Source of the DNA: an uncultured Enterobacter sp. | Lineage (GTDB): Bacteria; Pseudomonadota; Gammaproteobacteria; Enterobacterales; Enterobacteriaceae | Length of the DNA stretch: 32,000 nt | Assembly (NCBI GenBank): GCA_963521185.1 | Contig: CAUQTV010000001.1 | Span: 581,081 to 613,080, forward strand | Direction: 5' to 3' | Part shown: positions 15,912 through 28,644 of the stretch, one piece after another | Position numbering within the stretch: position 1 is the stretch's first letter | How the letters are laid out: each line of letters starts with the position of its first letter | Notes under the pieces: model-generated | Told to the model about the DNA's origin: nothing | Database searches by the model: none | The model's input: only the letters and a program-made list of their open reading frames with translations | Position numbers and translations under genes: made by a program

Positions 15912-16110
15912 CGTTACGTTTTGATTGAAATAACCCCATTTTGCAAGGTCCGCTCCTGGCACGCACCGGACCTCTCGAATGAGTTCTATCCTCGGTATTC
16001 ACTAAGTGCAATAAATTCTAATCGGATTCTACAACCCATTTGTCCAGCATATCAGCCCAACCCTGTACTCATTTTAACCGCGTTGTTATGAGATGAGTTG
16101 AGGCACTATA

Positions 16111-16143
16111 AAACAAAAAATCCACGCAACTGCGTGGATTTTT
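16111..16143 (-). terminator. Rho-independent (bidirectional) terminator downstream of ychF
   Basis: AATCCACG (16119-16126) pairs with CGTGGATT (16133-16140). It is flanked by an A-run (16111-16120) and a T-run (16139-16143), and on the minus strand is followed by TTTTTTGTTT. It lies 24 nt after the ychF stop. Confidence 0.8.
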
Positions 16144-16166
16144 AGGTGCAAATGTGGGGCAGGGCG

Positions 16167-17261
16167 TTAGACGTTAAACAGGAAGTTCATCACGTCGCCA
16201 TCTTTTACGATGTACTCTTTACCTTCTGCGCGCATCTTACCGGCTTCTTTCGCGCCCTGTTCGCCTTTGTAGGCGATAAAGTCTTCAAACGCGATGGTTT
16301 GTGCGCGGATAAAGCCTTTTTCGAAGTCGGTATGGATTTTACCGGCAGCCTGCGGGGCAGTTGCGCCCACCGGGATGGTCCATGCACGCACTTCTTTCAC
16401 GCCAGCGGTGAAATAGGTTTGCAGGTTCAGCAGTTCGTAACCGGCGCGGATCACGCGGTTCAGACCTGGCTCTTCCAGACCCATTTCCGCCATGAACTCG
16501 TCGCGATCGGCATCGTCGAGTTCAGCAATGTCAGACTCTACGGCGGCACACACGGCCACTACCACGGAGCCTTCGTTAGCGGCGATTTCGCGCACTTTGT
16601 CGAGGTACGGGTTATTTTCAAAACCGTCTTCGTTCACGTTGGCGATATACATGGTCGGTTTCAGCGTCAGGAAGCTCAGGTAGCGGATCGCCGCTTTGTC
16701 TTCTTCGGTGAGACTTTTCAGCGAGCGCAGCATGCCGGCTTCGGAGAGGTGCGGCAGGCATTTTTCCAGCGCGACCTGTTCTGCTTTCGCGTCTTTATCG
16801 CCGCCTTTGGCTTTCTTCTGTACGCGATGCAGTGCGCGTTCGCAGGTGTCGAGATCGGAGAGCGCCAGCTCGGTGTTGATCACCTCGATGTCATCCGCCG
16901 GATCCACTTTATTGTTCACGTGGATGATGTTGTCGTTTTCAAAGCAGCGCACCACGTGGCCGATGGCTTCGGTTTCACGGATGTTGGTCAGGAACTGGTT
17001 GCCCAGGCCTTCACCTTTCGATGCGCCTTTTACCAGACCGGCGATGTCCACGAACTCCATGGTGGTCGGCAGAATGCGCTGCGGTTTAACGATCTCTGCG
17101 AGCTGGTCCAGACGCGGGTCTGGCATTGGCACGACGCCGGTGTTCGGCTCAATGGTACAGAACGGGAAGTTGGCCGCTTCGATGCCCGCTTTGGTGAGCG
17201 CATTGAACAGGGTAGATTTACCGACGTTCGGCAAGCCGACGATACCGCATTTGAATCCCAT
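16167..17261 (-). CDS. ychF: Ribosome-binding ATPase YchF
   Basis: [42 protein letters not shown]... is near-identical to E. coli YchF. 364 aa. Conserved position next to pth. Confidence 0.97.
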   Translation of the reverse strand: MGFKCGIVGLPNVGKSTLFNALTKAGIEAANFPFCTIEPNTGVVPMPDPRLDQLAEIVKPQRILPTTMEFVDIAGLVKGASKGEGLGNQFLTNIRETEAIGHVVRCFENDNIIHVNNKVDPADDIEVINTELALSDLDTCERALHRVQKKAKGGDKDAKAEQVALEKCLPHLSEAGMLRSLKSLTEEDKAAIRYLSFLTLKPTMYIANVNEDGFENNPYLDKVREIAANEGSVVVAVCAAVESDIAELDDADRDEFMAEMGLEEPGLNRVIRAGYELLNLQTYFTAGVKEVRAWTIPVGATAPQAAGKIHTDFEKGFIRAQTIAFEDFIAYKGEQGAKEAGKMRAEGKEYIVKDGDVMNFLFNV

Positions 17262-17387
17262 GGTTTAAATCACCTTAATATCTTGATATTCAACCTGTTA
17301 GCGAAAACAGATTGTAGAAAAGTTAATAACTTAGCCTATTATACACGTAACCGTTGCCCTGCGCGGCAAAAAAGCCCGTTGCAGGGA

Positions 17388-17972
17388 TTACTGCGCCTTA
17401 AAGGCGTGCAAACGGTTCGTGGCTTTGGTTAAGCCGTCCTGCAACCAGATCTCGGTGCAACGCACCGCTTCGTCAACCGCCTGGTCAATCAGCGTCTGTT
17501 CAGAGAGCGGCGGTTTACCCAACACAAAGCCAACAACTTTGTTTTTATCACCCGGATGACCAATTCCCACGCGTAAGCGGTGAAAGTTCGGGTTATTCCC
17601 CAGCCTGCTGATAATGTCTTTTAAGCCGTTGTGACCGCCATGACCGCCACCGAGTTTGAATTTTGCCACGCCCGGCGGCAGATCCAGCTCGTCATGCGCC
17701 ACCAGAATTTCATCCGGATTGATGCGATAGAAGGTTGCCATCGCCGCAACGGCTTTACCGCTCAGATTCATAAAGGTTGTCGGCACCAGCAGGCGCACAT
17801 CCGCACCCGCAAGCGCAATGCGCGAAGTATAACCAAAGAATTTAGGCTCTTCGCGCAGCGGAGCGCGAAGGCGATCGGCCAGTAAATCAACATACCACGC
17901 GCCCGCGTTATGGCGCGTGGCGGCATAGTCAGCGCCTGGGTTTGCCAGGCCGACAATGAGTTTAATCGTCAC
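17388..17972 (-). CDS. pth: Peptidyl-tRNA hydrolase
   Basis: [16 protein letters not shown]-type N-terminus, HNAG motif and [13 protein letters not shown]. 194 aa as in E. coli Pth. Confidence 0.97.
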   Translation of the reverse strand: MTIKLIVGLANPGADYAATRHNAGAWYVDLLADRLRAPLREEPKFFGYTSRIALAGADVRLLVPTTFMNLSGKAVAAMATFYRINPDEILVAHDELDLPPGVAKFKLGGGHGGHNGLKDIISRLGNNPNFHRLRVGIGHPGDKNKVVGFVLGKPPLSEQTLIDQAVDEAVRCTEIWLQDGLTKATNRLHAFKAQ

Positions 17973-18245
17973 GTCTTTTTTCCTGATGGGGACAAGTTCT
18001 GGCGCGTAGTTTACGTTGTGTTAGCCACATTGACAAAGGTCTGCCAAAACCGCACGAATAATCAAATGATACACTCACTGAACTATTAGAAATTGATGTA
18101 GTTCATGCGCTTATGTGTAAAGTTGTGTTATGCCGATGTTTGTAATTGTGATCGTACGCGCAACCGCATAATAGGGTGTTGCCTATACTTTACGCACATG
18201 GATTGGGGATTACTCCCGTTCTGGCTGGCTTTCCGGAGGTGACAT

Positions 18246-18524
18246 ATGAAACGCAAAAACGCGTCGTTACTCGGTAATGCGCTGATGATTTTAGGGCTGG
18301 TGGTGATGGTGGTCGGCGTGGCTTACTCCATTTTAAACCAGCTTCCGCAGTTTCACCTGCCGCAATTTTTTGCCCACGGTGCCATTTTAAGCATCTTTGT
18401 CGGCGCCATTCTTTGGCTGGCGGGTGCGCGCATCGGCGGGCATGAGCAGGTGTGCGACAAATACTGGTGGGTACGCCATTACGACAAGCGCTGCCGTCGC
18501 GACCAGAATCAGCGCCACAGTTAA
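18246..18524 (+). CDS. ychH: Small inner-membrane protein YchH
   Basis: MKRKNASLLGN.LM.LGLVVMVVGV.YSILNQLPQF...HEQVCD.YWWVRHYDKRCRR matches E. coli YchH (92 aa) in the same synteny. Confidence 0.9.
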   Translation: MKRKNASLLGNALMILGLVVMVVGVAYSILNQLPQFHLPQFFAHGAILSIFVGAILWLAGARIGGHEQVCDKYWWVRHYDKRCRRDQNQRHS

Positions 18525-18544
18525 CCCCCTCGCTTTACAGATTA

Positions 18545-18572
18545 ACGGCTCCACGAGGGAGCCGTTTTGCTT
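18545..18572 (+). terminator. Rho-independent terminator after ychH
   Basis: ACGGCTCC (18545-18552) pairs with GGAGCCGT (18558-18565) around a 5-nt loop. TTTT then GCTTCATTTT follow. Confidence 0.7.
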
Positions 18573-18579
18573 CATTTTC

Positions 18580-18668
18580 GTAGGCCGGGTCAGGCGTAAG
18601 CCGCCACCCGGCGAAAGGTTGGAGTCAATCGCCAGAATGCCCGGCGGCGCTACGCTTGCAGGGCCTAC
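18580..18668. repeat. Pair of inverted REP-like elements (BIME-like)
   Basis: GTAGGCCGGGTCAGGCGTAAGCCGCCACCCGGC (18580-18612) faces the reverse-oriented GCCCGGCGGCGCTACGCTTGCAGGGCCTAC (18639-18668). These are typical enterobacterial REP palindromes, sited between convergent genes. Confidence 0.7.
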
Positions 18669-18711
18669 AACAGCCGAAAACCCAATACCCAACCGAAGGA
18701 GCCGTTTTGCT

Positions 18712-20391
18712 TCAGATGTCCGCCAGCGCGGCGTTTCTGTCTGGGTAGAATGACAGGCGTCCAGGAATGGGGGCAACACCCGCGCGCGCCATGGTGCGCA
18801 GCGGCTGAAACTCCAGATTACTCACCCGCAGTTCGCAGCCTTCCGGCAGACGCTGCACAAAGCGTTGAAACGCATCCAGCCCACCCGCGTCCAGCACCGG
18901 TACCGCGTCGCACTTGAGCACCACAATACACTTGCCCGCGAGTCGCGATTCCAGATCGCTAAACAGCCCTTCGGCGGCGGCAAAGAACAGCGGACCAATC
19001 ACCCGCAGCACCAGCACATCGTCTGGCACCTCTACGTTTACCGGGGCGAGGCGCGTCATGCGGGCGATGCGGCGCATAAACAGCAGCGACGCCAGCACAA
19101 TACCGACGCTGATGGCGATCACCATGTCGAACAGCACGGTCAGCGACATGCAGATTAACAGCACGATAATGTCGTCTTTCGGGCCACGGCGCAGCAGGTT
19201 AACCACCTTGTGCGCTTCGCTCATGTTCCACGCCACCATCAACAGCAGCGCAGCCATGGCCGACAGCGGCAGCCACGACAGCAGCGGGGCGAGGATCAGC
19301 AGCGCGAGGATCACAAGCCCGGCGTGCACCACGGCGGAAATGGGTGAGGTGGCCCCGGCGCGTACGTTAGCGGCTGAGCGCGCAATGGCGGCAGTGGCTG
19401 TGATACCGCCGAAGAACGGCGCAATCAGATTGCCCAGCCCCTGGCCTATCAGCTCGCTGTTGGCTTTGTGACGCGTGCCGGTCATGCCGTCGAGCACCAC
19501 TGCGCAGAGCAGCGACTCGATCGCGCCGAGCATTGCCATTGAGAACGCCGCCGGTAAAAGGGCCTGCAACGACGCCCAGCTCAGTGTAAAGCTGGAGCCG
19601 GGCATCTCCCACGGCAGCACCAGTTGCGGCAGCAATTGCGGAATGCCGTTGCCCTGGCTGCCATCGGCGAGCAGATAATGAAACTGCGAGCCGATGGTCG
19701 CCACCTGACCCCCCAGCAGATTCACCAGCATCATCACCGCGCAGCCCAGCAGCAGCGCCGGTAAATGACCCGGCAGACGGATGCCGAGGCGCGGCCAGAG
19801 GATCAGCGTGCCCAGCGTGACGACACCAATCGCCGCATCGCCAAGGTTCGCGCTTGGCAGCGCCATCGCCAGCGCACCCACTTTTTGCAGATAGTGTTCC
19901 GGCACATGCGTGAGTTGCAGGCCGAGAAAGTCCTTAATTTGCATGGTGCCGATGGTGATGCCGATCCCGGAGGTAAAGCCCAGCGTGACCGACAGCGGAA
20001 TGTATTCGATTAAGCGCCCAAACCGGGCGAGGCCGAACAGCACCAGAAACAGGCCGGACATCAGCGTGGCGACCAGCAACCCCGCGAGGCCAAACTGTTG
20101 CGAAACGGGGTAGAGGATCACCACAAACGCGGCGGTCGGGCCGGAGACGCTAAAGCGTGAGCCGCCGGACAGCGCAATAACAATCCCGGCGACCGCCGAG
20201 GTGTAAAGTCCGTACTGTGGCGCAACGCCGCTGCCAATCGCCAGCGCCATCGCTAGCGGAATGGCGATAATGCCGACGGTGATCCCGGCGATCAGGTCGC
20301 GGGTAAAGCGCGACAGGGTGTACTTCTCTTTCCAGCAAGCGTCGATAAGGGCGCGAAAAGGCAAAACATCAGAGGACGTTAATTTTTTCAC
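18712..20391 (-). CDS. dauA: SulP-family C4-dicarboxylate transporter DauA (YchM)
   Basis: 559 aa. [52 protein letters not shown]... is near-identical to E. coli DauA. C-terminal STAS domain present. Confidence 0.93.
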   Translation of the reverse strand: MKKLTSSDVLPFRALIDACWKEKYTLSRFTRDLIAGITVGIIAIPLAMALAIGSGVAPQYGLYTSAVAGIVIALSGGSRFSVSGPTAAFVVILYPVSQQFGLAGLLVATLMSGLFLVLFGLARFGRLIEYIPLSVTLGFTSGIGITIGTMQIKDFLGLQLTHVPEHYLQKVGALAMALPSANLGDAAIGVVTLGTLILWPRLGIRLPGHLPALLLGCAVMMLVNLLGGQVATIGSQFHYLLADGSQGNGIPQLLPQLVLPWEMPGSSFTLSWASLQALLPAAFSMAMLGAIESLLCAVVLDGMTGTRHKANSELIGQGLGNLIAPFFGGITATAAIARSAANVRAGATSPISAVVHAGLVILALLILAPLLSWLPLSAMAALLLMVAWNMSEAHKVVNLLRRGPKDDIIVLLICMSLTVLFDMVIAISVGIVLASLLFMRRIARMTRLAPVNVEVPDDVLVLRVIGPLFFAAAEGLFSDLESRLAGKCIVVLKCDAVPVLDAGGLDAFQRFVQRLPEGCELRVSNLEFQPLRTMARAGVAPIPGRLSFYPDRNAALADI

Positions 20392-20476
20392 AATGAGCGG
20401 TCATCCGTGCGGGAGTCATCATTATTATGAATAAATGATGATGGATGTATAAATCATACAAATAAGATTCACAGAC

Positions 20477-20502
20477 AAAAAAACCCGCCGCAGCGGGTTT
20501 TT
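20477..20502 (-). terminator. Rho-independent terminator after prs
   Basis: The minus strand reads AAAAACCCGC-TGCG-GCGGGTTTTTTTG, located 14 nt after the prs stop. Confidence 0.85.
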
Positions 20503-20515
20503 ACGCTGTGTCCGA

Positions 20516-21532
<1,017 letters not shown>

Positions 21533-21603
21533 CTATCCAGGCGGTGTATTAAAGAGCGCGATGCAACGTCTGGAACAGGGTGACGTTGTCACCGAAACTC
21601 AGC

Positions 21604-22458
21604 TTACCCAAACTTAGCGTGCTTTAAAGGCGAAACGTTTATGCCTCGCGCAACAAAGCCGTTTAGCCAGTCCGGGGCTTGCTCAAGCACCTGACGCGCG
21701 CAGGACTCGGTGTCAAATTCAGCAAAGACACAAGCTCCTGTGCCAGTCAGGCGCGACGGCGCGTATTCTAACAGCCAGGAAAGCGCCGCATCAACCTCGC
21801 GAAAACGTTTTCTTGCGATAACCTCGCAATCGTTGCTGAATTCACAATTTAGTAACGTATTTATTGATCTTTTTGGGGTATTGCGAGGCAGCTCCGGGTC
21901 TTTAAAAATAACCGGCGTTGGAATGCTCACCCCAGGGTGCACCACCAGGTACCATTTTTCTGGTGGATCGACCGGGGTTAACACCTCGCCGACGCCCTCG
22001 GCAAAGGCCGCGTGACCCCGCACAAACACCGGCACATCGGCACCAAGCCGCAGCCCAAGCGTGGCCAGTTCATCAACCGACAGCCCGCAGCGCCACAGCG
22101 CATTAAGCGCTACCAGCACCGTGGCCGCGTTTGACGAGCCGCCGCCCAGTCCGCCGCCCATCGGCAGGCGCTTATCGATGGCGATATCTGCGCCGCTGCC
22201 CGCAGGCAGGCAGTCGCGCTGGGTTGCTGCGTCCATCAGCAGACGCGCGGCGCGCACAATCAGGTTCTCTTCATCGGGCACGCCGTCAATGGGCGTCAGC
22301 AGGCGGATAACCCCGTCGCGACGCGGAGTGATGCGCAGCGTGTCACCGTAATCGAGAAACTGGAACAGCGTCTGCAACTCGTGGTAACCGTCGCTACGCT
22401 GGCCGTTAATATAAAGAAACAGGTTTAGTTTTGCCGGGGCGGGCCACTGGGTCATCAT
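21604..22458 (-). CDS. ispE: 4-diphosphocytidyl-2-C-methyl-D-erythritol kinase
   Basis: [34 protein letters not shown]..., [24 protein letters not shown]. High identity to E. coli IspE. Its start overlaps the lolB stop by 1 nt. Confidence 0.95.
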   Translation of the reverse strand: MMTQWPAPAKLNLFLYINGQRSDGYHELQTLFQFLDYGDTLRITPRRDGVIRLLTPIDGVPDEENLIVRAARLLMDAATQRDCLPAGSGADIAIDKRLPMGGGLGGGSSNAATVLVALNALWRCGLSVDELATLGLRLGADVPVFVRGHAAFAEGVGEVLTPVDPPEKWYLVVHPGVSIPTPVIFKDPELPRNTPKRSINTLLNCEFSNDCEVIARKRFREVDAALSWLLEYAPSRLTGTGACVFAEFDTESCARQVLEQAPDWLNGFVARGINVSPLKHAKFG

Positions 22459-23078
22459 TATTTTACGATCCAGTTGTCCATTTTCAGTTTGATGCGCTGC
22501 CCGTCCTGCGTCAGTTCCAGGCTCGACGGCAGCGTCGGTTTGGTTTTCTCGTCATAGCCGCTGTAGGTCACATGCCAGGTTTTGCCGTTCTGGGTGTAGT
22601 TCAGCTCGCTCAGACGATACTGACCGTCGAGTTTATAGTCGGTCGCCTGGCCGGGCAGGCCGAGGATCCACTGGCGCAGGCTGTTGAGCGGAATCGGCAT
22701 GCCGGTCAGTTTGCCCATCATCTCTTCGGCGTCGGTCGCGGTGTATTTCTGGCCTTTATTGTCGGTCAGCTGTACCGAGCCGGGGCTGGCTTTTAACTCA
22801 AGTTCGGTGCTGCCGAGTGGGTTTGTCAACAGCAGGCGGTAATTGTCCTGCCCCGTTTGCTGCCAGAAGAAGCGGGCATACACTTTTTGCGCATCCGAAA
22901 GATAAGCAAACGCGCCGCGCGTCTGGTACTGGCTCAGATTGCGCACTTCGGCCTGATGCTGTTGCCACTGCGGTGAATCCGGGCTTTTCCCGGGACCTTT
23001 GGGGGTTGAGACGCAGGCGGTCAGAACAAGGCTTGCGAGGGGCAGAAGGCGGAGCAGTCGAGAATCAGGTAACATCAT
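22458..23078 (-). CDS. lolB: Outer-membrane lipoprotein LolB
   Basis: Lipobox LVLTAC, then [28 protein letters not shown] and the C-terminus [12 protein letters not shown], as in E. coli LolB. Confidence 0.93.
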   Translation of the reverse strand: MMLPDSRLLRLLPLASLVLTACVSTPKGPGKSPDSPQWQQHQAEVRNLSQYQTRGAFAYLSDAQKVYARFFWQQTGQDNYRLLLTNPLGSTELELKASPGSVQLTDNKGQKYTATDAEEMMGKLTGMPIPLNSLRQWILGLPGQATDYKLDGQYRLSELNYTQNGKTWHVTYSGYDEKTKPTLPSSLELTQDGQRIKLKMDNWIVK

Positions 23079-23279
23079 AGTGGTGACAAATCCTTGAGTT
23101 ACATTGCAGTTATAATCGTTAATGCTAGCGCCGCGTGCGCACAGCGTCTACGTTCAAGTTGTCTTAAATCATTAAATTACCAATTACTCCAAAAGGGGGC
23201 ACTCTCTTTTATTGACCCGGCTCATCCTGTATGATGCGCTCAGACTAACCTTATCAACGCTGGTACTACTCCCGCTGAC

Positions 23280-24536
23280 ATGACCCTTTTAGCGCTCGGC
23301 ATCAACCACAAAACGGCCCCTGTTTCGCTGCGAGAACGCGTTGCGTTTGCGCCGGACACGCTCGACCAGGCGCTGGAAAGCCTGCTGGCGCAGCCCATGG
23401 TGCAGGGCGGTGTGGTGCTGTCGACGTGTAACCGGACCGAGCTTTATCTCAGTGTAGAAGAGCAGGACGATTTGCAGGAAGGGCTGATCCGCTGGCTGTG
23501 TGATTACCATCATCTCAATGAAGATGAGCTGCGTAAAAGCCTCTACTGGCATCAGGATAACAACGCCGTCAGCCATCTGATGCGCGTCGCCAGCGGGCTT
23601 GATTCGCTGGTACTCGGTGAGCCGCAGATTCTGGGTCAGGTGAAAAAGGCCTTTGCGGATTCCAGCCGTGGGCATTTGAATGCCAGCGAGCTGGAGCGCA
23701 TGTTCCAGAAATCTTTCTCCGTGGCCAAGCGTGTGCGCACGGAAACGGACATTGGTGCCAGCGCCGTGTCTGTCGCCTTTGCCGCCTGCACGCTGGCGCG
23801 TCAAATCTTCGAATCCTTATCGACCGTTACCGTGCTGCTGGTGGGCGCGGGTGAAACCATTGAACTGGTGGCCCGTCATCTGCGCGAGCATAAAGTGCAG
23901 AAGATGATCATCGCCAACCGCACGCGGGAACGCGCGCAGGTGCTGGCGGATGAAGTCGGGGCGGAAGTGATTTCGTTAAGCGACATCGACGCGCGCTTAA
24001 AAGACGCCGACATTATTATCAGCTCTACCGCCAGCCCGCTGCCGATTATCGGTAAAGGCATGGTTGAGCGCGCGCTTAAATCCCGCCGTAATCAGCCGAT
24101 GCTGCTGGTGGATATCGCGGTACCGCGCGACGTAGAGCCTGAAGTCAGTAAACTGGCGAACGCCTATCTTTACAGCGTTGACGATCTGCAAAGCATTATT
24201 TCGCACAACCTTGCGCAGCGTAAAGCCGCCGCCGTGGAAGCCGAAACCATTGTTGAGCAAGAGACCAGCGAGTTTATGGCCTGGCTGCGTGCGCAAAGCG
24301 CCAGCGAGACGATTCGTGAATACCGCAGTCAGTCCGAGTTTGTGCGTGATGAACTGACGGCGAAAGCCCTCGCGGCCCTTCAACAGGGCGGTGATGCGCA
24401 AGCCATTATGCAGGATCTGGCGTGGAAACTGACCAACCGCTTGATCCACGCACCAACCAAATCTCTTCAGCAGGCCGCCCGTGACGGGGATGACGATCGC
24501 CTGCATATTCTGCGCAACAGCCTCGGGCTGGAGTAG
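23280..24536 (+). CDS. hemA: Glutamyl-tRNA reductase
   Basis: [51 protein letters not shown]. 418 aa. Divergent from lolB as in E. coli. Confidence 0.97.
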   Translation: MTLLALGINHKTAPVSLRERVAFAPDTLDQALESLLAQPMVQGGVVLSTCNRTELYLSVEEQDDLQEGLIRWLCDYHHLNEDELRKSLYWHQDNNAVSHLMRVASGLDSLVLGEPQILGQVKKAFADSSRGHLNASELERMFQKSFSVAKRVRTETDIGASAVSVAFAACTLARQIFESLSTVTVLLVGAGETIELVARHLREHKVQKMIIANRTRERAQVLADEVGAEVISLSDIDARLKDADIIISSTASPLPIIGKGMVERALKSRRNQPMLLVDIAVPRDVEPEVSKLANAYLYSVDDLQSIISHNLAQRKAAAVEAETIVEQETSEFMAWLRAQSASETIREYRSQSEFVRDELTAKALAALQQGGDAQAIMQDLAWKLTNRLIHAPTKSLQQAARDGDDDRLHILRNSLGLE

Positions 24537-24577
24537 CACAACAACCTCTAATAACAGAACAGGGTGCATTTACGCCT

Positions 24578-25660
24578 ATGAAGCCTTCTATCGTTGCCAA
24601 ACTGGAAGCCCTGCATGAGCGCCATGAAGAAGTTCAGGCGCTGCTGGGTGATGCGGGAATTATCGCCGACCAGGATCGTTTTCGTGCGTTGTCCCGCGAG
24701 TACGCTCAGTTAAGCGATGTTTCACGCTGCTTTACTGACTGGCGACAGGTTCAGGAAGACATTGAAACCGCGCAGATGATGCTCGACGATCCGGAAATGC
24801 GCGACATGGCGCAGGACGAACTGCGCGAGCTAAAAGAAAAAATTGAAACGCTGGAGCAGCATTTGCAGGTGCTGTTGCTGCCAAAAGATCCGGACGACGA
24901 ACGTAACGCGTACCTTGAAGTGCGTGCCGGTACCGGCGGTGATGAAGCGGCGCTGTTCGCGGGGGATCTGTTCCGCATGTACAGCCGTTACGCAGAAGCA
25001 CGCCGCTGGCGCGTTGAGATCATGAGCGCCAACGAAGGCGAGCATGGCGGCTTCAAAGAGGTGATTGCCAAAGTGAGCGGCGAGGGCGTGTACGGCCGAT
25101 TGAAATTCGAATCCGGCGGTCATCGCGTACAGCGCGTACCCGCTACCGAATCCCAGGGGCGTATTCACACCTCCGCCTGCACCGTGGCGCTGATGCCGGA
25201 GCTGCCGGAAGCGGAACTGCCGGACATTAACCCGAGCGATCTGCGTATCGACACCTTCCGCTCCTCGGGCGCAGGCGGTCAGCACGTTAACACCACTGAC
25301 TCGGCTATCCGTATTACCCACCTGCCGACCGGCATTGTGGTGGAGTGCCAGGACGAGCGTTCCCAGCACAAAAACAAAGCCAAAGCGCTATCGGTGCTTG
25401 GTTCGCGTATTCGCGCGGCAGAAATTGCACGTCGCCACCAGGCGGAAGCCTCTACCCGCCGTAACCTGCTGGGCAGCGGCGATCGCAGCGACCGTAACCG
25501 CACCTACAACTTCCCGCAGGGTCGTGTGACCGATCACCGCATCAATCTGACGCTGTACCGTCTGGACGAGGTGATGGAAGGGAAACTGGACATGCTCATT
25601 GAGCCGATCGTTCAGGAATACCAGGCCGACCAGCTCGCGGCGCTGTCCGAGCAGGATTGA
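24578..25660 (+). CDS. prfA: Peptide chain release factor 1
   Basis: [26 protein letters not shown]..., PAT tripeptide context ([14 protein letters not shown]) and GGQ motif ([15 protein letters not shown]). 360 aa. Confidence 0.97.
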   Translation: MKPSIVAKLEALHERHEEVQALLGDAGIIADQDRFRALSREYAQLSDVSRCFTDWRQVQEDIETAQMMLDDPEMRDMAQDELRELKEKIETLEQHLQVLLLPKDPDDERNAYLEVRAGTGGDEAALFAGDLFRMYSRYAEARRWRVEIMSANEGEHGGFKEVIAKVSGEGVYGRLKFESGGHRVQRVPATESQGRIHTSACTVALMPELPEAELPDINPSDLRIDTFRSSGAGGQHVNTTDSAIRITHLPTGIVVECQDERSQHKNKAKALSVLGSRIRAAEIARRHQAEASTRRNLLGSGDRSDRNRTYNFPQGRVTDHRINLTLYRLDEVMEGKLDMLIEPIVQEYQADQLAALSEQD

Positions 25661-26499
25661 TGGACTATCAGCAGTGGTTGCGTCTTGCCGCACGCCAGTT
25701 AGCGGCCAGCGACAGCCCGCGTCGTGACGCGGAAATTCTGCTCGGCTTTGTCACCGGCAAAGCGCGCACGTTTATTCTGGCGTTCGGCGAAACTCTGCTG
25801 ACGCCAGAGCAGGCCTCACGGCTTACCGATCTGCTGGCCCGCCGCGAACAGGGCGAGCCGGTGGCGCATCTGGTGGGCGAACGTGAGTTCTGGTCGCTGC
25901 CGCTGTTTGTCTCCCCGGCGACGCTGATCCCGCGCCCGGACACCGAGTGTCTGGTCGAGCAGGCGCTGGCCCGCTTACCGGCAGCCTGCTGTCATATTCT
26001 GGATCTCGGCACAGGCACCGGCGCGATTGCCCTGGCGATTGCCAGCGAGCGCCCCGACTGCGCAGTGACGGCGGTCGACAGAATGCCAGGCGCGGTAGAA
26101 CTCGCCACGCGCAACGCTGAACACCTTGGCATTGCCAACGTGACGGTGCGACAAAGCGACTGGTTTGCCGCGCTGGACGGGCAGCAATTTGGCATGATCG
26201 TCAGCAACCCGCCCTATATTGATGAGCAGGATCCGCATTTGCTGTTGGGCGACGTGCGCTTTGAGCCACGCAGCGCGCTGGTGGCGGCCGACGACGGGCT
26301 AGCCGATCTGGCGCTGATTATTCGCGATGCGCGGCGTTTCCTGCTGCCGGGCGGCTATCTTTTACTGGAGCATGGCTGGCAGCAGGGCAGCGCCGTACGC
26401 GCGCTGTTTGCCGCAGCCGGTTACCAACAGATCGAAACGTGTCGGGATTATGGTGACAACGAGCGGTTAACGCTTGGACGCTTGCCTTTACAGGAGTAA
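25660..26499 (+). CDS. prmC: Release-factor glutamine N5-methyltransferase
   Basis: MDYQQWL matches E. coli MEYQHWL. LDLGTGTGAIALA and NPPY motifs present. ATG 25660 overlaps the prfA stop (TGATG); the listed TTG at 25657 is one codon earlier. Confidence 0.93.
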   Translation: MDYQQWLRLAARQLAASDSPRRDAEILLGFVTGKARTFILAFGETLLTPEQASRLTDLLARREQGEPVAHLVGEREFWSLPLFVSPATLIPRPDTECLVEQALARLPAACCHILDLGTGTGAIALAIASERPDCAVTAVDRMPGAVELATRNAEHLGIANVTVRQSDWFAALDGQQFGMIVSNPPYIDEQDPHLLLGDVRFEPRSALVAADDGLADLALIIRDARRFLLPGGYLLLEHGWQQGSAVRALFAAAGYQQIETCRDYGDNERLTLGRLPLQE

Positions 26500-26504
26500 T
26501 AGCA

Positions 26505-26897
26505 ATGAGTGCGTTTAACATTCTGATTACGCTGCATCTCGCTTGCGTGGTATCGACCATCAGTTTATTCGTGTTACGTTACTGGTGGCGCTATACCGAT
26601 AATCCACGGTTATCAATGCGTTGGGTGCGTATCGTGCCGCATGCGGTGGATACGCTGTTACTCCTGAGCGGGGCAGGTTTAGTTTGGATAACGCACTTCT
26701 TACCGTTTACTGTTAGAGGCGCATGGCTGACTGAGAAGCTGTTTGGCGTTATCATCTACATCGTTTTGGGTTTCATTGCGCTTGGGCGTCGTCGTCCGCG
26801 CAGCCAGCAGGCCGGTTTTATCGTTTTTCTGCTGGGGCTGGTGGTGCTGTACATCATCATTAAACTCGCCACCACAAAAATACCGTTACTGGGGTAA
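26505..26897 (+). CDS. sirB2: Invasion-gene-expression up-regulator family membrane protein SirB2 (YchQ)
   Basis: 130-aa protein with 4 predicted TM helices in the conserved position between prmC and sirB1. Confidence 0.85.
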   Translation: MSAFNILITLHLACVVSTISLFVLRYWWRYTDNPRLSMRWVRIVPHAVDTLLLLSGAGLVWITHFLPFTVRGAWLTEKLFGVIIYIVLGFIALGRRRPRSQQAGFIVFLLGLVVLYIIIKLATTKIPLLG

Positions 26898-26900
26898 GTG

Positions 26901-27710
26901 ATGAGGTCGTTAGCCGATTTCGAATTTAATAAAGCACCGTTATGCGACGGGATGATCCTCGTGTCGGAACTGATCCGTGAAGATTTCCCCTCGCAGTCGG
27001 TGTATGACGAACTGAAAGGGCTGGTGAGTCTGGCCCGTGAAGAGATTAACCAGGCCAGGCCACAGGACTGGCAGCTGGAAAAACTCGTCGAACTGTTTTA
27101 CGGCGAATGGGGATTTACGGACACGCGCGGCGTTTACCGCCTGTCGGATGCGCTATGGCTGGACCAGGTGCTGAAAAACCGCCAGGGCAGCGCGGTGTCG
27201 CTGGGGGCGATCCTGCTGTGGGTGGCTGACCAGCTCGACATTCCGCTGGTACCGGTGATTTTCCCGACGCAGCTGATTCTACGCGCGGAGTGGCTCGACG
27301 GCGAAATGTGGCTGATCAACCCGTTCAACGGCGATACGCTGGATGAACACACGCTGGAAGTCTGGCTGAAAGGCAACATTAGCCCGGTGGCGGAGCTGTT
27401 TAACGAAGATCTCGATGAGGCCGACAACGCCGAGGTGATCCGTAAACTGCTGGATACGCTAAAGTCGGCGCTGATGGAAGAGCAGCAGATGGAGCTGGCC
27501 CTGCGTGCCAGCGAAGCGCTGTTGCAGTTCAATCCGGAAGATCCCTATGAAATTCGCGACCGTGGCCTGATTTACGCCCAGCTGGACTGCGACCATGTCG
27601 CGCTCCACGATTTGAGCTATTTTGTTGAGCAGTGCCCGGAAGATCCGATAAGCGAAATGATCCGCGCGCAGATCACTAACATTGCGCATAAACAGATTAC
27701 GCTTCATTAA
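26901..27710 (+). CDS. sirB1: SirB1 (YchA), transglutaminase-like/TPR protein
   Basis: MRSLADFEFNKAPLC.GMIL...GVYRLSDALWLD.VLK.RQGSAVSLGA.LLWVA matches E. coli YchA from ATG 26901. The listed GTG at 26898 is one codon upstream. Confidence 0.88.
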   Translation: MRSLADFEFNKAPLCDGMILVSELIREDFPSQSVYDELKGLVSLAREEINQARPQDWQLEKLVELFYGEWGFTDTRGVYRLSDALWLDQVLKNRQGSAVSLGAILLWVADQLDIPLVPVIFPTQLILRAEWLDGEMWLINPFNGDTLDEHTLEVWLKGNISPVAELFNEDLDEADNAEVIRKLLDTLKSALMEEQQMELALRASEALLQFNPEDPYEIRDRGLIYAQLDCDHVALHDLSYFVEQCPEDPISEMIRAQITNIAHKQITLH

Positions 27711-27738
27711 CCAAATAATTCTGATTTAAACCTGATAA

Positions 27739-28602
<864 letters not shown>

Positions 28603-28609
28603 TCAGCCT

Positions 28610-28640
28610 CCCGCCCGGTAGCGCAAGCTCACCGGGCGGG
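28610..28640. terminator. GC-rich hairpin between convergent kdsA and chaA
   Basis: CCCGCCCGGT (28610-28619) pairs with ACCGGGCGGG (28631-28640) around an 11-nt loop. There is no clear U-tract on either strand. Confidence 0.45.
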
Positions 28641-28644
28641 CCTG

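Noticed and set aside
16146-17432. 428-aa plus-strand ORF covering the whole ychF locus
   Set aside because: It is antisense to a near-perfect ychF and its translation is low-complexity (F/H/V/G-rich). This is a classic shadow ORF.
23997-24569. 190-aa minus-strand ORF, and others antisense to hemA, prfA, prmC, dauA and prs
   Set aside because: They overlap highly conserved housekeeping genes on the opposite strand and have no independent signals.
24578-25660. Possible programmed frameshift in the release-factor gene
   Set aside because: The +1 frameshift is a feature of prfB, not prfA, and this ORF is continuous and full length.
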